DNA of 64,000 nt from the NCBI GenBank assembly GCA_964234715.1, contig OZ174276.1; one strand, given 5' to 3'. A model generated the notes under the pieces. It was not told the DNA's origin and did no database searches. It saw only the letters and a list, made by a program, of their open reading frames with translations. This document shows positions 60,443 through 64,000 of this stretch, one piece after another (the stretch's first letter is position 1; the number at the start of each line of letters is the position of its first letter). The position numbers and the translations under genes are program-made. This DNA is from Podarcis melisellensis. Taxonomy: Eukaryota.

Positions 60443-63419
60443 TCTAGCATTCTGTGAAAAACCAAATTCAGTTTTGTATCATGCTCCAATCAAATGGATA
60501 GATAAATAATGATAAACATTTCTGTTCCAGACAGTTTAACAAATACAGATGACTGTCCTGATCTAGGACTATAGTGCAGGGATACTGAGACACATAGTAT
60601 ATAGATAAACCCTGCTGTTCCCTAACCTAGCCCTTTAATAAATTATCCAACTTCTGAATATGTGCCAAAGCCACTAGTCTTTTAAACAGTGGAGCAAATA
60701 TATGAGATCTAACAGTGCTGGAAACAAATTTCAGTTACCCTTATCTATATAGGTTAATGGCAAATCAGGCTGATGTTGGGTATGCAACATGGTCACGCAG
60801 CTGCTTCACTATGCAGTTTAAATCCTGATTTTTCACTACAGGCTGACATGTACTGCTTCCTAAATAAGTTTTTTAAGAAGCTAACCTCCATTGAGTTCTG
60901 TGAAGCTGCTTCCTAATCAGTGTACTTTAGGATTGCACTTTTAGGCACACTTTTTACTTTGTATAGTTTCAGAGCAGAGAAGGCTTATCATTAAGATTCC
61001 ATAGTTGAAGAGACTCCCTTTATCGTCTTCCAAATCAGTTACAAACCTGCACTCGTGTGCTGTACTTCTCTTCTGGACACTTGATAGTTCAGCCTCTGCA
61101 AGTACAAAGAAAATGAATCACAACATTTTTGCCATTCTTTTTGGCAGCGGCTGTTTAATGCCAAAAAATTGGCAAGCTATAATTACAAATTACATTTTGT
61201 AATTTGTCAAGGATGCAGACCCTAAATCTCAGATTAGGTTTTTACTATTTGGAAGGTACTTTGGTTTGCTGGGTGTGAGAATGTAGAAACATACTGCACT
61301 TTTTACCCAGCAGATCCCTCTCTCCTAGTACCATGCAATTAATCTTCAGTAGTTTTGTTTGAATCAAGTATGGGTTTACATGTGCAATGGCTGCACTTCC
61401 TTATGCTTGGAATATGTATGACTGGGGAAAGTGCATTTGAATGCTGGGCTGGCTGTTAAGTGAGACATTTGTATTGCTGTAGTATATGAAGGGGAAAGCC
61501 TTTCTGTTTCACAGAGAAAGCAGCACTACTTTTATCAACTTGCTTGCTTTTATCAATTTGTGTTTCAGCAGCACACTGTGGTTGTTGCTTGTAGATACCG
61601 CCTTGTGTTTTTTACAGCACATACATCAAACTCTTCCCAGCATCCTTTGTATGAGGCAGTACTTTTGCATAGAAGTTGATAAACTGGGATCAGGGTTAGC
61701 ACTTCGCCTAGAAGTGTGCACAGTTTTTCAGCAGTGCTTCCAGTGAAGTATAATGATGGGATGATGCTGAATAACTTGAGCCCATTCCCAGAGATGCTTA
61801 AGTCCTGAGGCAATTTCTACCTTTTCATATTAGCCTGGTCTGCTTCTCAGTTCCCATCTTCTCACCACATCCTGTTGGGTCAGTTTTAATTGTAGTCCAA
61901 TTGGGTGTTTTACTTTTATTATACTTATAAAAGTATTTCTAAACCACTGGCTCATAAGAAAATATCAGGATGGTGTGCAATGTGTAAGTATTCAAACAAT
62001 CTAAAATACAGAACAATTGACCTACACTGAATCAGATTAATCCTCTGAAAACAATTGTCATAAAAGAAACGTTTTCAGCAGGCAACAAAATATCTAAATT
62101 GTTAGGCGTCTGGTTTTTGTTGCTTTGCTTTTGTGTAACACCATGTGGTCTTTTCATATTTGTGTCCCTTAATTATTTTAAATTTCCTATCAGTTTTATG
62201 TTTAAGAACATCATTATCCTGCAGCTGGGCTTCATATTCAGCTTGATGATCAAATATATATGGGAACCTGCCAGAGGCCCAATAAACTTATTTTTGATGC
62301 ATACTTCAGGCTGCAAAAATTGAGTCAGAGGTTAGATAGCTGGCAGGCCCTCGTATATGGCTGGTGGGCTGCATTTGGTCTGGTGGCCTATGCTGCACAC
62401 ACCTGTCATGGGACATAATATTCCACATGTTACCCTTCTCGGTTGTTCTTCATAGGATAGTTTCTAAGATCTTGATCCATTTCTTTACTGTTCTGTCAAA
62501 TATGGGAGGAAACAGAGTGACTCAAGATACTTCACATGACTGCTTTTTCCCTACTCCCTTTTTCTATACCGTGTATTATTTTATACACCTCCGTAATATC
62601 TCCCCACTTTTTCTCCCTTTTTTTTGAAACAAAAGCTCCAAATGCTGTAATATTTTCTCATATGGCAGTTTCTCTAGCCCCTTGATCATTTTAGTTGCCC
62701 TTTCCTGCACCTTTTTCAACTCCTATGCTACAGTCCTAACAAAAATACCCCCCACTCAGCTGCTGTTTGGCATGGGAGGAAAGCTTCTTTTGGCAGCAGT
62801 GAGAACTCCCCTCATATGCCAAATAGCTGTCCCCCCCCCCAGTGAGGGCAGGTATCGGAACTGCAGTGTAGAAGGAAAGGGTTAAACCTCCTCCCCATGC
62901 ACCTGATCCTGACCAGTGGTTGCTATTTACAATCTTTGGAGCAGGAGATATGCAGGATGTTAAACCATGTGATTAACATCGTGTGTAGCTGGCCCTTGGG
63001 TAGCCTGTTTAACAATTCATGGGGGGAGGGGATGATAGAGCTCCTTGAATGGAGATTTTCCTCTCTATTGGCTGCTATTATTCTTAAGAGACTTTATCAC
63101 AATAAGGCCATGATCCTATGTACACTTGCTTGGGACCACTAAACATCATAAGACTTATCTCTATGTAAACATTGTAGGGTTGTGCCATTAATGGCTCTGT
63201 GATGAAAGAGTCTGATATTGAGACTATCATAGGACAGATCACCATATAAATAACATGGTAATCTGAATTCTTTTCTTTAACCTCTCTTTACCTCTTATGT
63301 GCTAGGAAGTCCACGATGGAAGAATTCAGAACTTGTTTTTGGTCAGGTGCAAAATGGAATTGCCACTTAGTCAGTTTTGCGGTTTTTTTCTACAATCAAG
63401 CATTGTATAAATTTTAGGA

Positions 63420-63433
63420 AATAAATAAATAAA
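63420..63433 (+). terminator. Probable distal REEP2 polyadenylation signal
   Basis: Three overlapping AATAAA, upstream TGTA, downstream GT/T-rich sequence. Confidence 0.55.
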
Positions 63434-64000
63434 CTTCATTTGTAGTACAGAAAACCTTGGATTTAGGGTGTGGTAAGAATGTGCTCCTATTTCTGCATCC
63501 TTCCCACAGTCTGGCTTTGCTGTTGTGTTTTGGTTTGTAAGATTAGAAGAGTAACAGCAAGAGAACCCATGTAGCTAGCAGAAGGCTCTAATAATGCTGC
63601 TCTTCAGAAGCAGAATATAGCTGGAAAAGACTTTTATCATGAAATCTGGGCTCTTCCCCATTCCAGGCAAGAGTGTCTTTCAACATTGTGTAGCGCTGAA
63701 ATATTTCTTGTTTCTCCAGGAACTTGGGGGGGGGGCTTTTGTTTTCCTTTTCTTGTGTTGTCATGTTGGACATTGTATTTAGAACCTCTTTGGGATATTA
63801 TCCTTGCACCAGAACAACAGCTGGTGTTATCCGATGGCCTTCTCTTCAACCAACATCTGTTGAAGTGCCAACTCCTATTGGTTGAACCCTTCTCTCTCAA
63901 ATGTAAGCAAATACAAGCCTTGAAGTTTCACAGAGCCTTTCCATTGCGAGCAGCTTGCTTACTGACAAGTCACTCCTCTGCCACTGTTGTTACGTAGATC

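Overview
Vertebrate genomic DNA from a squamate reptile, probably a lacertid lizard (inferred from a Sauria SINE, Bov-B and other lizard-type SINE/MITE families). Two complete multi-exon genes lie on the + strand, each starting in a CpG island. KDM3B (JmjC H3K9 demethylase) has 24 coding exons at 1277-37279 and encodes about 1744 aa. REEP2 (ER-shaping protein) has 8 coding exons at 42791-58993 and encodes 266 aa. All exon phases join correctly at GT-AG boundaries, and the order matches the known vertebrate KDM3B-REEP2(-EGR1) block. Introns hold RTE/Bov-B, L2 and CR1 LINE fragments, tRNA-derived SINEs, and hAT and Tc1/pogo MITEs. The most striking non-genic signal is a young 150-240 bp element present in four intronic copies (near 5.2, 26.4, 35.7 and 51.4 kb). 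It carries a minimal type I hammerhead ribozyme motif (CUGAAGA-stem II-GAAA-GC-UC), a fold-back inverted arm and about 12-bp target duplications, as expected for Penelope-like pseudo-LTRs. In every copy the core on the pre-mRNA strand is sequestered, rearranged or mutated. Other leads are a candidate in-frame cassette exon in KDM3B intron 7 and a 160-codon overlapping alternative frame across REEP2 exons 1-4. Family names come from recognising motifs by eye; no database search was run.
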